Origin: an uncultured Chthonomonadaceae bacterium
GTDB lineage: Bacteria; Armatimonadota; Chthonomonadetes; Chthonomonadales; Chthonomonadaceae
NCBI GenBank assembly: GCA_963835065.1
Contig: CAWIEK010000053.1
Coordinates: forward strand, 352,001 to 416,000
Reading direction: 5' to 3'
DNA: 64,000 bases
Part shown: piece by piece, positions 39,592 through 49,702 of the stretch
Layout of the letters: every line of letters begins with the position of its first letter
Position numbering within the stretch: position 1 is the first letter of the stretch
Translations under genes and position numbers: made by a program
The notes under the pieces: model-generated
Seen by the model: the letters and a program-made list of their open reading frames with translations, nothing else
What the model was told of the DNA's origin: nothing
Database searches by the model: none

Positions 39592-42500
39592 ATGCTCAAG
39601 TCTTACCAACGCCGCGCTTTTCTCGCGCTTGCCGTCGTCGCGCTGGAACCGATTGCCGTTCCGGGCGCCCATGCCGAAGAACCTCGCGCCGCCGAACCGC
39701 TGACCCTGTGGGAAACGCTCAACCACGTCGAGCGCAAGTCGGACAAGAAAACCGATGACCCCGATGAGCCGACTCTGGTTCCGCTTGGAACGGTTCCCGG
39801 CTTCAGCCTGCCTTCGCTGGATCGCGTCGGCAGCAATTCGCCTTCCCTCGGTAAGAAGAAACAGTATCGCGGCATGTTCGGGCCGATGTCCCGCCTGTGG
39901 GATACCGTGCTGACCGCAACCGGCAGCAAGATTGACGTCAAGGGCGACGCCACGCTGTCTTTGCGGCAGGACAATGTTTCAGGCGGCGCTCAAGCGACGC
40001 AAACCTATCAGGATCAGAACTACTACGGGCAGGGTTCCAATGGTATTTACACCAACACCAGCCTGCACGTAGACTCGACCCTGTTCAAGTATTTTCACTA
40101 CAGCAGCACCATCAGCAACAGCCCCTATCGCTCGCCCGGCGAGAACCGCGTCAAACTGGATTATAATACCAAGCAAACGCGCTTTCAGGCGGGCGATATC
40201 AACGCCGGCTTTTCCGGCAACAGCCTCATAGACTTCAACCGCTATCTGAGCGGCGTCCAATTTGAGAATCAGTGGTCCAAGCAGCTAAAAACCTCGATGC
40301 TGTTTTCGCGCACCAAAGCGGAAACCAAGACATTGACGGTTGCGGGCAATGACTCGGCAGGGCCGTATTATCTGTTCTCCGGGCAGATCGTGGACGGCAG
40401 CGCCCATGTGCGCGTGGATAACCGCGACCTGGCTCCCGGCAAGGATTATACGCTGGACTCCAATACGGGGCAGCTGCAGTTCCTCAACGGCAATGTCGTC
40501 CTCCACTCGCAGACCATTGCCATCACCTACGAAACGCTGGGCTACAACCAGTCGCAGGGCACGATTTACGGCTTCCGCACCCAGTTTGCGCCCCGCGCTT
40601 CCACCAACATCGGCCTGACCTACGTGACGCAGCAGACCCGCGCCCTGTCCGCCATTTCGCAGCGTACGCAGCAGTTTTACGGCGTGGAAAACGCCGGCGG
40701 CCAGTATACGATGGACTCGGCCATTGACAGTACCAAGCCTCTCAATGTTACCGTCAACGGGGTTCCTCTTGTGCAAGGGACGCCCGCTTCCGGCGATTAC
40801 TGGCTGGACAGCGTGTTTCCTCAGACGCTACACATCCGCAACCCCATCCCGTCCACGCAGCAAGTAATCGTTAAATACGTGCCGCTTGACACCAGCCCGA
40901 CTCCCGGCAACCGCAGCGTGATGGGCGTGGATGGACACATGGGGTTGGGACGATGGGGCGGCGTGACGCTGGAAACCGCGCTGTCCGGCCTGGACTTGAC
41001 CGGTAAAAGTTACACCGGCAAAGCGGCGCAGCTGCGTTTCGATTTGAACCCACTGCGCAACCTGAGCACGCATATCACGGTGCGCGATGTGGGAGCGACG
41101 TATTCGTCCATCCAATCGCCGGGCTTCAACCGCAACGAGAAATCGCTGGATATTGCGGGCGAGTATTCCCCTTCCTCGCGGCTGCACTTCAATTACGGCT
41201 GGCAAAACGCCAAACGGCCCTCTTATACCTACGCAACGGGGGCTGTCACAGGATCGCAGTACAACATTACCAGCAATGGCGAGGATACGTACCGGCAGTA
41301 TTCGCTGGGCGCTTCTTACGATCTCACGCGCAACACCAAACTGAGCCTGACCCGCAATACGCTGGGAACCGATTACATCGTTGGCGGCTTCAGCAAATCC
41401 ACCAGCGACACGCTGGACTTTAACTGGAACCTGCGCCAGTTCTCCGTCAATGCCGGCCTGAGCCGCAATATCTCGGACACCAACGCGCCGAATGGCTACT
41501 ACGGCCTGACGACGGGAACTACCGGGCTTGCCACAACAGCCACAACCGGCGCGTACAATACGCAATCTTCCACCATAACCCAGCGCGTCGGCCTGAACTG
41601 GGACCCGCTCAAATGGCTGCACTTGAACTCCAGCCTGTCGGACAACCAGATTCACAACACGGGTACGGGCTATACGGGAGCGCTCCAGCATACGAACGCG
41701 ACGGATCGGCAAATCTCCGCCCGCATCACGCCCGGACGCGGCCTGTCCTTCACCTACTCCTATGACCTGTCCGATACGGGCACGGCCAACACTCTCGGTG
41801 GCCTGACCACCATCGCCGGAACCGGAACCACTGTGGCGACGGGTGGAACCACGACAACGACAGGAACAACGGGCGCGACGGGGACTACAACCGGAACAAC
41901 AGGAACCACTACGGGCGTCACGGGAACGGGTATCGCGGGAACCCGAAGCGTGATCTTCCGCCCCTGGGTGTCGCCGATCACCCGCGACAGCACGACGGGC
42001 AATACGACAACCGGCTTCGGCACGACCACAGCGGGCTCAACGGTGCTGACTCCGGTGGGAAGTTTATCAGGCGGCGGCATCAACTACAATCTGGGCGCGG
42101 CGGGCAACTACAGCGGACTACTGGGCAACAGTTCCAACAGCATCGGCGTGACCAGCCTGGGCGGGCGCAGCGGAACCAACCGCATCGGCATGGACTACGC
42201 GATTTCCCGCGCCCTGCATCTCAGCATGGGCTACGACGCTTCCACCAGCATCGGCGATTACCAGTACAACAGCAACCGCAACAACGGGACGCTGGGCCTC
42301 AACTACAACCCTTCCGACCGTTGGGCCTTCAACATGAATGTGAACGCGCAGAAGGTTGCTTATACCGGCTCCCTCGGCGGCACGAACAGCAGTTCCATGC
42401 AGTTCGGCTTTACGGGCCGGCCCTTCGGCAACAAAATCAGCACCACAATCAACTGGCAAAGCGTTCGCACCAAAAGCGACCTGAACCTGTCCAGCCTTAC

Positions 42501-42852
42501 GGGCGCTGTTACGGGCGTTTCGACCGTCGCATCCGGCATTTCGACAATTACGAACCCTCTGGTCGCCGCTTCCAACAACGCGAGTTCCAACCTCAGTTCG
42601 CTCGGCGCGCGCGTGGATGTGCCGGTATCAAGCCGCTACGTGCTGTTCGTGGACTGGCTGCACTCCGACGCAAGTGGCTATCTGGGCAACACGGAAAGCA
42701 ACCTGCGTTTCGGCACGGACATCTATCTCAATCAGGTGCTGAAATTCTCGCTCGGCTGGCAGACCATCAACCGCCTCAACAAAGACAGCGCCTTGTCCAG
42801 CTACAACTACCATTCCAGCAGCCTGCTCGCCGAGTTCGGCCTCCACTTCTAA
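39592..42852 (+). CDS. Large putative outer-membrane beta-barrel protein with a SprA-like motif domain and Thr/Gly-rich inserts
   Basis: Signal peptide; GPYYL..GQIVDGS..VRVDNRDLAPGKDYTLDSNTGQLQF; many amphipathic strands; C-terminal Phe (EFGLHF). Confidence 0.75.
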   Translation: MLKSYQRRAFLALAVVALEPIAVPGAHAEEPRAAEPLTLWETLNHVERKSDKKTDDPDEPTLVPLGTVPGFSLPSLDRVGSNSPSLGKKKQYRGMFGPMSRLWDTVLTATGSKIDVKGDATLSLRQDNVSGGAQATQTYQDQNYYGQGSNGIYTNTSLHVDSTLFKYFHYSSTISNSPYRSPGENRVKLDYNTKQTRFQAGDINAGFSGNSLIDFNRYLSGVQFENQWSKQLKTSMLFSRTKAETKTLTVAGNDSAGPYYLFSGQIVDGSAHVRVDNRDLAPGKDYTLDSNTGQLQFLNGNVVLHSQTIAITYETLGYNQSQGTIYGFRTQFAPRASTNIGLTYVTQQTRALSAISQRTQQFYGVENAGGQYTMDSAIDSTKPLNVTVNGVPLVQGTPASGDYWLDSVFPQTLHIRNPIPSTQQVIVKYVPLDTSPTPGNRSVMGVDGHMGLGRWGGVTLETALSGLDLTGKSYTGKAAQLRFDLNPLRNLSTHITVRDVGATYSSIQSPGFNRNEKSLDIAGEYSPSSRLHFNYGWQNAKRPSYTYATGAVTGSQYNITSNGEDTYRQYSLGASYDLTRNTKLSLTRNTLGTDYIVGGFSKSTSDTLDFNWNLRQFSVNAGLSRNISDTNAPNGYYGLTTGTTGLATTATTGAYNTQSSTITQRVGLNWDPLKWLHLNSSLSDNQIHNTGTGYTGALQHTNATDRQISARITPGRGLSFTYSYDLSDTGTANTLGGLTTIAGTGTTVATGGTTTTTGTTGATGTTTGTTGTTTGVTGTGIAGTRSVIFRPWVSPITRDSTTGNTTTGFGTTTAGSTVLTPVGSLSGGGINYNLGAAGNYSGLLGNSSNSIGVTSLGGRSGTNRIGMDYAISRALHLSMGYDASTSIGDYQYNSNRNNGTLGLNYNPSDRWAFNMNVNAQKVAYTGSLGGTNSSSMQFGFTGRPFGNKISTTINWQSVRTKSDLNLSSLTGAVTGVSTVASGISTITNPLVAASNNASSNLSSLGARVDVPVSSRYVLFVDWLHSDASGYLGNTESNLRFGTDIYLNQVLKFSLGWQTINRLNKDSALSSYNYHSSSLLAEFGLHF

Positions 42853-43029
42853 ACAAAACGGCGCATCTCTTTCGGCGCTTACATCCTATTCCGGCAACAG
42901 ATACAGGCCGCTTGCTTCAAAATTTTGAACAAGCGGCCTATATTGTTTCTTCATTTTTTCTTCATGGTAGCGTTGCCTCAGATATACTATTTGTACAGGT
43001 GGGCAATTTGCAGAAAGGATTCATTCACG

Positions 43030-43479
43030 ATGGACGAACAAGAACGTGGGCCGGAACGCACGCATTATGCGAATACAGATTTGGAACTGACTGCTGATTG
43101 CGAACCGCTGGCATTGAAGGCGGCTTTCGATCAGCATGATTTCTGCGATTTATGGGAACTGACTTCGGAAGATAGTCCCTGGGAAGGCTGCTTCGAGACG
43201 GGCGAATCGTATTACGAGCCGGACGGCAATATCGCGGGCTTTCTGGCTGCTATTGAGTCGTTGGAGGGGGAAGCGCTGAGGGAATGGCAGACATGTACCC
43301 GGCGGGCGTTCGACATCGGCTACCATGTGGGATACGAGCCGTTCGATTTCTCCCAAGCCTTATCCGCCGAAACCATCCGCAGAATAGCAAACGTCGGCGC
43401 GTCCCTCCGCATAACAATCTATGCCCCTGACAAACCGAACAGCCCAATACCCGTTTCCGCTGATGCTCCGCGCGATTAA
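43030..43479 (+). CDS. Acidic hypothetical protein (DUF4279-like C-terminus)
   Basis: AAAGGA SD; FDIGY...LSAETIRRIANVGASLRITIY. Confidence 0.7.
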   Translation: MDEQERGPERTHYANTDLELTADCEPLALKAAFDQHDFCDLWELTSEDSPWEGCFETGESYYEPDGNIAGFLAAIESLEGEALREWQTCTRRAFDIGYHVGYEPFDFSQALSAETIRRIANVGASLRITIYAPDKPNSPIPVSADAPRD

Positions 43480-43601
43480 GTTTGTTGTCAGGCTGCATTA
43501 TCGTTGTGTCTCGCGATCAGGTGGAGGAAGGCAGCAAGTTTCGGTGTATAATGAAGTGGAGAGCAAGTAGGTTGCGCTTTGCTTTTGAAAAGGATGAAGA
43601 T

Positions 43602-43877
43602 ATGAACGTTTCGCAGGCGAGATACAGCAATGAGGAAATCGGACGTATCGGGGAAGACATTTATCACCGCGATATTCGTCCCCAGGTTATGCCGCAGCAC
43701 AAGGGCGAGTTTCTGGTTCTGGATATCGAAACCGGCGATTATGAAATGGGCACTGACGACTTGCAAATCGTGAAGCGCCTCCGCGCCCGTCGTCCTGACG
43801 GCGTTCTTTATGGTTTGCGAATTGGCTATACTTCCGCTTATTCGCTGGCGGGAAGACTGGTGGAAGATCGCCCATGA
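43602..43877 (+). CDS. Small hypothetical protein of the type found upstream of clan AA proteases (DUF5678-like)
   Basis: GEDIY...HKGEFLVLDIETGDYE...LRIG; ATGA overlap with the next gene. Confidence 0.75.
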   Translation: MNVSQARYSNEEIGRIGEDIYHRDIRPQVMPQHKGEFLVLDIETGDYEMGTDDLQIVKRLRARRPDGVLYGLRIGYTSAYSLAGRLVEDRP

Positions 43878-44243
43878 TGACCGGGATTGTCAACGTCTTT
43901 CTGGAAGCCACTCTTTCCCTGCAAATATATGGCCCGGTCAATAGCATCACCAAAAATAACCGTGATAGACACTGGTTACAATGGGGCGCTTACCCTGCCC
44001 CTCGCAGTTATCACGGCACTTGCTCTTATTCCGTTAGTGTCACGCGCAGTAACATTAGGTGACACAAGCCAACGGATTCTGGATTTCTACGAGGCGGAAG
44101 TGGTATGGGATGGTCAACGGCAGAGTATTCAGGTTCTCTGCGTGGAAGGTGATCCTCTAATCGGCACCGCATTGCTCAACGGCTACAAAATGGAAACCGA
44201 TTTTGTTGTCGGCGGGCAAGTACGCATCAGTTCCGTTCCGTAA
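43874..44243 (+). CDS. Clan AA (retropepsin-like) aspartic protease; frameshift near 43955
   Basis: VIDTGYNGALTLP and PLIGTALL; the N-terminus MMTGIVN is in another frame, with an A-run at the junction. Confidence 0.82.
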
Positions 44244-44319
44244 TCCAGCCGATTTTTTGATAAATAGCGTTGTCAGAAACCAACGAAAACCGCTATACTA
44301 TGGGAGGGAATGGAAACCT

Positions 44320-45918
44320 GTGCTTCCGTTCGCTCCCTATTTGTCGTCAAGCCGTTGTTCAAGGAGGTTTCGCGCCATCAACGCACCACGCTTTTTCCGC
44401 TTCGCCCATCGCCGCGCTGTCCGCCCCGGAGTTGGTTCCTTCCATTTCCTGCCGCTTTCGCGCCTGTTGCTGCCTGCCTGCGGCTTGCTGCTGCCCCTGT
44501 CTCTCGCGCAAGGCCAGCATGTCACGCCGCGCCATAAGGCCACGCTAACGGCAGAAAAGGAGAAAAGGAGAAAAGGAGAAAAGGAGAGGGCGGCAGAAAC
44601 CGCGCAAACCACGCGGGATGAAGAAGCGGATGAGGGAACCATTGCGGGACAGGGAACTCAGGACAACGCGCCCGGCCAGATTCCGACACAGGGGCAGGAA
44701 CTCCCACGCCCCGGCGACAGCCCTAACACCCCTGCGATTAAGGCTGTCAGCGCCATACTGATAGATGCGGTATCGGGGCAGGTGCTGTATGAAAAGAACG
44801 CCGACCAGCCGCGCCCGATGGCAAGCACGACCAAAATCATGACCGCGCTGCTGCTGTGTGAGCATGTGCCGGACGAAAATACGCTTATCAAGGCCAGCAA
44901 ACTCGCCAGCATGACGCGGGAAAGCTCGCTGCACCTGAAAATGGGCGAGAAGATTTCCGCGCATGACCTGCTCCGCGCGATTCTTATGCGCTCGGCCAAT
45001 GACGCCTGCGTTGCGGCTGCGGAACACGTCGGCGGCAGCGTGTCCGGTTTTGCCGATCTGATGAACGCGCGCGCGCAACAATTGGGCTGCACCCACACGC
45101 ACTTCGTCAACCCACACGGCCTGCAAAACAAGCTGCATTACACCAGCGCCCGCGACCTTGCCCTGATTGCGCGGCAGGCCATTCAGCAGCCGCGCATCAG
45201 CGAAGTGACACAGTTGCGCAAATGCCGCATCGCGCGCTCAATGGATAAGTTCGACGTGACCATGCGCAACCACAGCCACAAGTTTCTGGAAAAGTATCCG
45301 GGCGCGGATGGCATCAAGACCGGATGGACCGTTCCCGCCGGGCATTGCTTTGTCGGGTCGGCTACGCGCGGCGGCTGGAGGCTGATCGCCGTTGTTCTGA
45401 AAAGCCCGGATTTCGTGCAGGAAACGTCCGCGCTGATGAACTACGGCTTCAGCCACTTCGAGCGGCGCGGCTTGACCACCGCCGGGTACAAAGTTGGCGC
45501 GTGTCCCGTCCAGAACGGCGTCATGCCGAGCGTACCCACCGCGACCAAACAGGCGATGCAGGTAATCGTTCCGAGAACGCCGCTTACCCCTCCCACCGCC
45601 ATTCAAACCCGCATGGTAACGCGCCCGCAAATGGCTCCGGTGCGGGCCGGCGCGGAAGTGGGCATGATTGAGGAACAACTGAACGGCGTGACCGTATGTA
45701 CCACGCCCCTCATCGCAACGGCAAGCGTTCCGGCAGCCGCCGCGCCCGCCCTGCTGATCAAAAGTAAACGTTCCAGCAAATCCCTGCTATTACTGACTTC
45801 CATTTTTGTCGCTGTCGTGGTATCCTTAAAGTATGGAAAAGGATTTACCACGACTACAAAAAACGCTCGCCGCCGCTGGCGTCGCCTCAAGAAGAGCATG
45901 CGAGGCTCTTATCGCTGA
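44320..45918 (+). CDS. D-alanyl-D-alanine carboxypeptidase (peptidase S11)
   Basis: ASTTKIMT (SxxK), SAND (SxN), FVNPHGL, GIKTG; C-terminal TM. Confidence 0.93.
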   Translation: MLPFAPYLSSSRCSRRFRAINAPRFFRFAHRRAVRPGVGSFHFLPLSRLLLPACGLLLPLSLAQGQHVTPRHKATLTAEKEKRRKGEKERAAETAQTTRDEEADEGTIAGQGTQDNAPGQIPTQGQELPRPGDSPNTPAIKAVSAILIDAVSGQVLYEKNADQPRPMASTTKIMTALLLCEHVPDENTLIKASKLASMTRESSLHLKMGEKISAHDLLRAILMRSANDACVAAAEHVGGSVSGFADLMNARAQQLGCTHTHFVNPHGLQNKLHYTSARDLALIARQAIQQPRISEVTQLRKCRIARSMDKFDVTMRNHSHKFLEKYPGADGIKTGWTVPAGHCFVGSATRGGWRLIAVVLKSPDFVQETSALMNYGFSHFERRGLTTAGYKVGACPVQNGVMPSVPTATKQAMQVIVPRTPLTPPTAIQTRMVTRPQMAPVRAGAEVGMIEEQLNGVTVCTTPLIATASVPAAAAPALLIKSKRSSKSLLLLTSIFVAVVVSLKYGKGFTTTTKNARRRWRRLKKSMRGSYR

Positions 45919-47410
45919 AGGCCGCGTCACCGTCAACGGCAAGGTTGTGCGCGAAATGGGCGCCAAACCCAACCCGGATAAAGACGACATCCGCGTGGAC
46001 GGGCAGCCAATCCGCAAGCAGGAAACGCGCAAACCGCTTTATATTATGCTCAACAAGCCCATCGGCTATACCAGCACGGTCAGCGATCCCCACGCGGAGC
46101 GCACCGTGCTGGAACTGCTGCTTCAGATCGAAGAACGCATTTATCCCGTCGGACGCCTGGATGTGGACAGCGAAGGCATGCTCCTGTTGACCAACGACGG
46201 CGAGTTCGCCAACCGTCTGACTCACCCGCGCTACCATGTTCCCAAACTGTACCGCGTTCGGGCGCGCGGCTTTGTGGGACGGGAAGCGGCGACCCGGCTT
46301 GCGGAAGGCGTCGACTTGGAAGACGGCAAGACCGCGCCCGCTGAAGTGCGCTTTATCGAGTACGACACGGCCTCCCAATCTACGATCATTGAAGTCACGC
46401 TGTACGAAGGCCGCAACCGGCAGGTACGCCGCATGTTCGATCAGGTCGGGCATCCCGTGCGGCAACTGACGCGCATCGGTTTCGGAACCCTGCGCCTGCA
46501 AGCCCTGAACCCCGGCACATGGCGCAAACTCCGCCCCGAAGAAGTGGACGCCCTGCTCGCCCTCGCGCTGCCCACCGCCACGCCGCCCAAATCCGCCCGC
46601 CGTCCCAAGTCGTCTGCTCCCTACCGCCCGCGTAATGCCGGGAGAGAAGAAGGGGAGAGGGGGAGAAGAGGAGAGGGGGAGACAGAGGCAGGGAACAGGG
46701 AACAGGGAACAGGGAACAGGAAAGAAGAGCCGGTCAACGCTCCCATTGCTGCGCCTGCCGCGAGATTTACGTCTGCCACCAAACCGGGGTACGATGAACA
46801 GCCTGCTTTTGGCGCGCGGCCTGCTTTCGCAAATAAAAACGCGCCCGTTTCGCGTCCTGTGCCTGCCGACATTCCGGCGTCTTCGGACAGACCGGAGTAC
46901 GGTACTCGCCCCGCTCCAAGCGGTAAACCCAAGTATGGAGCCAAGCCTGCCTATGGCGGCAGGCCGGATGCAGCCAACCAACCTGCGCATAATGGCAGAC
47001 CGGCAACAGGCGGCAAACCTGCCTATGGCGCTAAACATGAAAACACGCCTGCGGCCAATCCTGCGTTTGCGGTTGGAAATCCGCGCTACGCCAATCCATT
47101 GAACAACCCGCTGCTCAAAGCAAGGCCCGCCAAGTTCAAACCGTCGCGCCCTGCGCCCAACGCGGAACAAACGCCTGCCGCAAGCAGCAACCAACAGCCT
47201 AAATTTGCCGGTCCAAAACCAAAGCCCGAGAAGCGGCAATCGGCAATCGGCAATCGGCCATCAGCAACCGAAAATCGAAAATCGAAAATCGAAAATCCCA
47301 AAGGGGCTGTTGATTTCTCCTCCAACAGCGCAGCGGGACGCAAAGCGGGGCTACCCTTTCAGCCCCGGCCCAAGCAGGGACACCGCGCGTTCGGGAGGGC
47401 CAAGCCATGA
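45833..47410 (+). CDS. rluB: RluB/RsuA family pseudouridine synthase with a long low-complexity tail
   Basis: RLQKTLAAAGVASRR (S4), LNKP, PVGRLD, EGRNRQVRRM; TGGTATCCT 6 nt upstream of the ATG suggests a leaderless transcript. Confidence 0.92.
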   Translation: MEKDLPRLQKTLAAAGVASRRACEALIAEGRVTVNGKVVREMGAKPNPDKDDIRVDGQPIRKQETRKPLYIMLNKPIGYTSTVSDPHAERTVLELLLQIEERIYPVGRLDVDSEGMLLLTNDGEFANRLTHPRYHVPKLYRVRARGFVGREAATRLAEGVDLEDGKTAPAEVRFIEYDTASQSTIIEVTLYEGRNRQVRRMFDQVGHPVRQLTRIGFGTLRLQALNPGTWRKLRPEEVDALLALALPTATPPKSARRPKSSAPYRPRNAGREEGERGRRGEGETEAGNREQGTGNRKEEPVNAPIAAPAARFTSATKPGYDEQPAFGARPAFANKNAPVSRPVPADIPASSDRPEYGTRPAPSGKPKYGAKPAYGGRPDAANQPAHNGRPATGGKPAYGAKHENTPAANPAFAVGNPRYANPLNNPLLKARPAKFKPSRPAPNAEQTPAASSNQQPKFAGPKPKPEKRQSAIGNRPSATENRKSKIENPKGAVDFSSNSAAGRKAGLPFQPRPKQGHRAFGRAKP

Positions 47411-48390
47411 AACGCCGTCCCTCCCACGCGCCCAATCTGCTGCTTGTCGCCTGTGTTATTTTGATCGCCTGGACGCTGCTGCGCCCGTCCAAACACGCGC
47501 CGGTTCCCGCGACAATTTCCCCGGCGAACACGGCACAACCCGGAGTGTCTGCCTTTACGGCTGCGAATGTGCCCATTTATCCGCGCATAATCATAGATGG
47601 CCGGGGCAAATCGGTTACGGTCAAAGCTATGCCCATCCATATCGTTTCGCTTGCGCCGAGCGTGACAGAAATTCTATATGCGCTGAAACTGGGAGACAGA
47701 TTGGCGGCGGATACGCCTTCGTGCGACTATCCGCCCGAAGCCACCAAAAAGCCGCATGTTGATCCGCTGAACGGCGACCGGGAAAAGATTGAAGTTTACA
47801 ATCCCGATTTGATTCTGGCCGTTGATAAAATTGACAGCCCGAAACTGATTGCCGCGCTGGAAAGCGACGGGTTTCCGGTTGTCGTGATGAAGGCCGAAAC
47901 ACTGCAGGAAACGTATGACGGCATCAAACTTATCGCGCAGGCGACAGGGCAGGATCATGCGGGGATGCAGATGGCGAAGGACATGCAGGCGCATATCGCA
48001 GACGTAGAAAAAACCGTCAGCGCGGCTCCCGACAAACCGGGCGTTCTGCTGATGTACGGCGATAACCCGATTTACACGACGGGCGCGAACAGCTACATTA
48101 CCGACGTTATCCGTAGCGCGGGCGGAACCAACATTGTCACCGAACCCCTGCCCTCCGAAATCATCGCGCCCGAAAAAGTGGTGGAGCGGCAGCCGGACGT
48201 GATTATCTGTTCCCCGATGCTGATTCCGAAAGTGAAGCAGTTGCCGGGCTGGAACGTGGTTCCCGCGGTGGCGCAGAATCGGTTCTTTCAAACGGGAGGG
48301 GAAAGCGCCCTTGTGCGTCCCGGCCCGCGACTGGCGCAGGCGGTGGAAAACCTCGCCCGCTACCTGCATCCCGCTTTGTTTCCGAAATGA
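47407..48390 (+). CDS. Cobalamin/Fe-siderophore ABC transporter substrate-binding protein (BtuF-like)
   Basis: IVSLAPSVTEILYAL, CDYPPEA, RPGPRL. Confidence 0.9.
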   Translation: MKRRPSHAPNLLLVACVILIAWTLLRPSKHAPVPATISPANTAQPGVSAFTAANVPIYPRIIIDGRGKSVTVKAMPIHIVSLAPSVTEILYALKLGDRLAADTPSCDYPPEATKKPHVDPLNGDREKIEVYNPDLILAVDKIDSPKLIAALESDGFPVVVMKAETLQETYDGIKLIAQATGQDHAGMQMAKDMQAHIADVEKTVSAAPDKPGVLLMYGDNPIYTTGANSYITDVIRSAGGTNIVTEPLPSEIIAPEKVVERQPDVIICSPMLIPKVKQLPGWNVVPAVAQNRFFQTGGESALVRPGPRLAQAVENLARYLHPALFPK

Positions 48391-49508
48391 CGGCAACCGT
48401 GACGACTTCCCCTGCCCCCCACTCGGACGCGACGGTTGCACATCTGCCGCGCATGGACGAACGGCAGCCCAAACGCGCGCTGCTGATTTTACTTGGGATG
48501 CTGTTGCTGATGCTCATTGTTGACATCGGCGCGGCTCCCAAAGAAGTGGCCTTGCGAACGCCCGCGCCGGTTGTTATCGGCGTCATCGCGCAGCACATAC
48601 CGCTTATCGGCAAACATATCCACCTGCCGCCGAGCGTCCGGGATGTTGACCACAGCATCGCGTGGAGCATCCGCCTGCCCCGCGCATTGTGCGGCGTCGG
48701 AGTCGGGATGCTGCTGGCACTGGCGGGAGTGGCGTTCCAATCCCTGCTGATGAACCCGCTTGCCGACCCTTATACAACGGGCGTCGCATCCGGTTCCGCA
48801 TTGGGAACCATTGTGCTGACGCTGGCGGGCGGCGCGGCGTGGCTGGGCGGCTTTGGGCTTGTCGGCGCGTCGTTTGCGTCGGGGCTGCTGGCGGTCAGTA
48901 TCGTGTACATGCTGGCGCGGGTGGGCGGGCGCGTGTCGGCGCAGACGTTTTTGCTGTCGGGAACCATTGTCGGCTCGTTTTTCTTCGCGCTCATTCCACT
49001 CTTGTTGTCACGGGCAAGCAATGGCGGCGCCGATGCCAAAGCCATAATTTTGAACAGTCTGTTCGGCAGTCTGGGTACAGTCGGCTGGCCGCAAGCGTGG
49101 CTGCTGCTCCCGTTTTGCGCATCGGGCGTCTGGCTGCTGTGGCGTGGCGCGGCAGAACTGGATATTATGGCATTTGGCGAGGAAAGCGCGGCGCACCTGG
49201 GCGTGGATACCGAAGCGTTCAAGCGGCGTATCATCGTACTCGGCTCCCTGTTGACGGCGGCGGCAGTGGCGGTGGCGGGCATCATCGCGTTCGTCGGGTT
49301 TCTCGTGCCGCATCTCGCTCGCCGGTTGGTGGGCGCGGGGCATCGTGACCTGGTTCTAGCCTCAGCCCTGCTCGGCGGTATCGTGCTGACACTGACGGAT
49401 TACCTGTCCCGCGTGTGGCTCGACGACCTGCAAATCGGCGTCGTCACCTCGCTGCTCGGCGTCCCGTTCTTCTGCGCCCTGCTGCGCCGCCGAATGGTCA
49501 AAGGCTAA
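48387..49508 (+). CDS. FecCD/BtuC family ABC permease
   Basis: IRLPR, NPLADPY..GVASG, GEESAAHLGV, GIIAFVGFLVPH. Confidence 0.93.
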   Translation: MTATVTTSPAPHSDATVAHLPRMDERQPKRALLILLGMLLLMLIVDIGAAPKEVALRTPAPVVIGVIAQHIPLIGKHIHLPPSVRDVDHSIAWSIRLPRALCGVGVGMLLALAGVAFQSLLMNPLADPYTTGVASGSALGTIVLTLAGGAAWLGGFGLVGASFASGLLAVSIVYMLARVGGRVSAQTFLLSGTIVGSFFFALIPLLLSRASNGGADAKAIILNSLFGSLGTVGWPQAWLLLPFCASGVWLLWRGAAELDIMAFGEESAAHLGVDTEAFKRRIIVLGSLLTAAAVAVAGIIAFVGFLVPHLARRLVGAGHRDLVLASALLGGIVLTLTDYLSRVWLDDLQIGVVTSLLGVPFFCALLRRRMVKG

Positions 49509-49519
49509 ATAATTATCTC

Positions 49520-49680
49520 ACCACAGAGGCACAGAGACACAGAGGATTCACAGAGGAAAAGAGAGAAAAGGAGAAAAGGAGAAGAGGAGAGGGAACTGCG
49601 AAGTATACGAAGGATCATAATTTTCTTTCTCCTTTCTCTTTTCTCTCTGTGACCCCTCTGTGTCTCTGTGCCTCTGTGGT
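49520..49680. repeat. Inverted-repeat element with ACCACAGAGGCACAGAGACACAGAG arms
   Basis: Arms are reverse complements; internal GGAGAAAA units; related to the 15726 arms. Confidence 0.88.
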
Positions 49681-49702
49681 TCAAATTTCATTTAGGAGGC
49701 GC

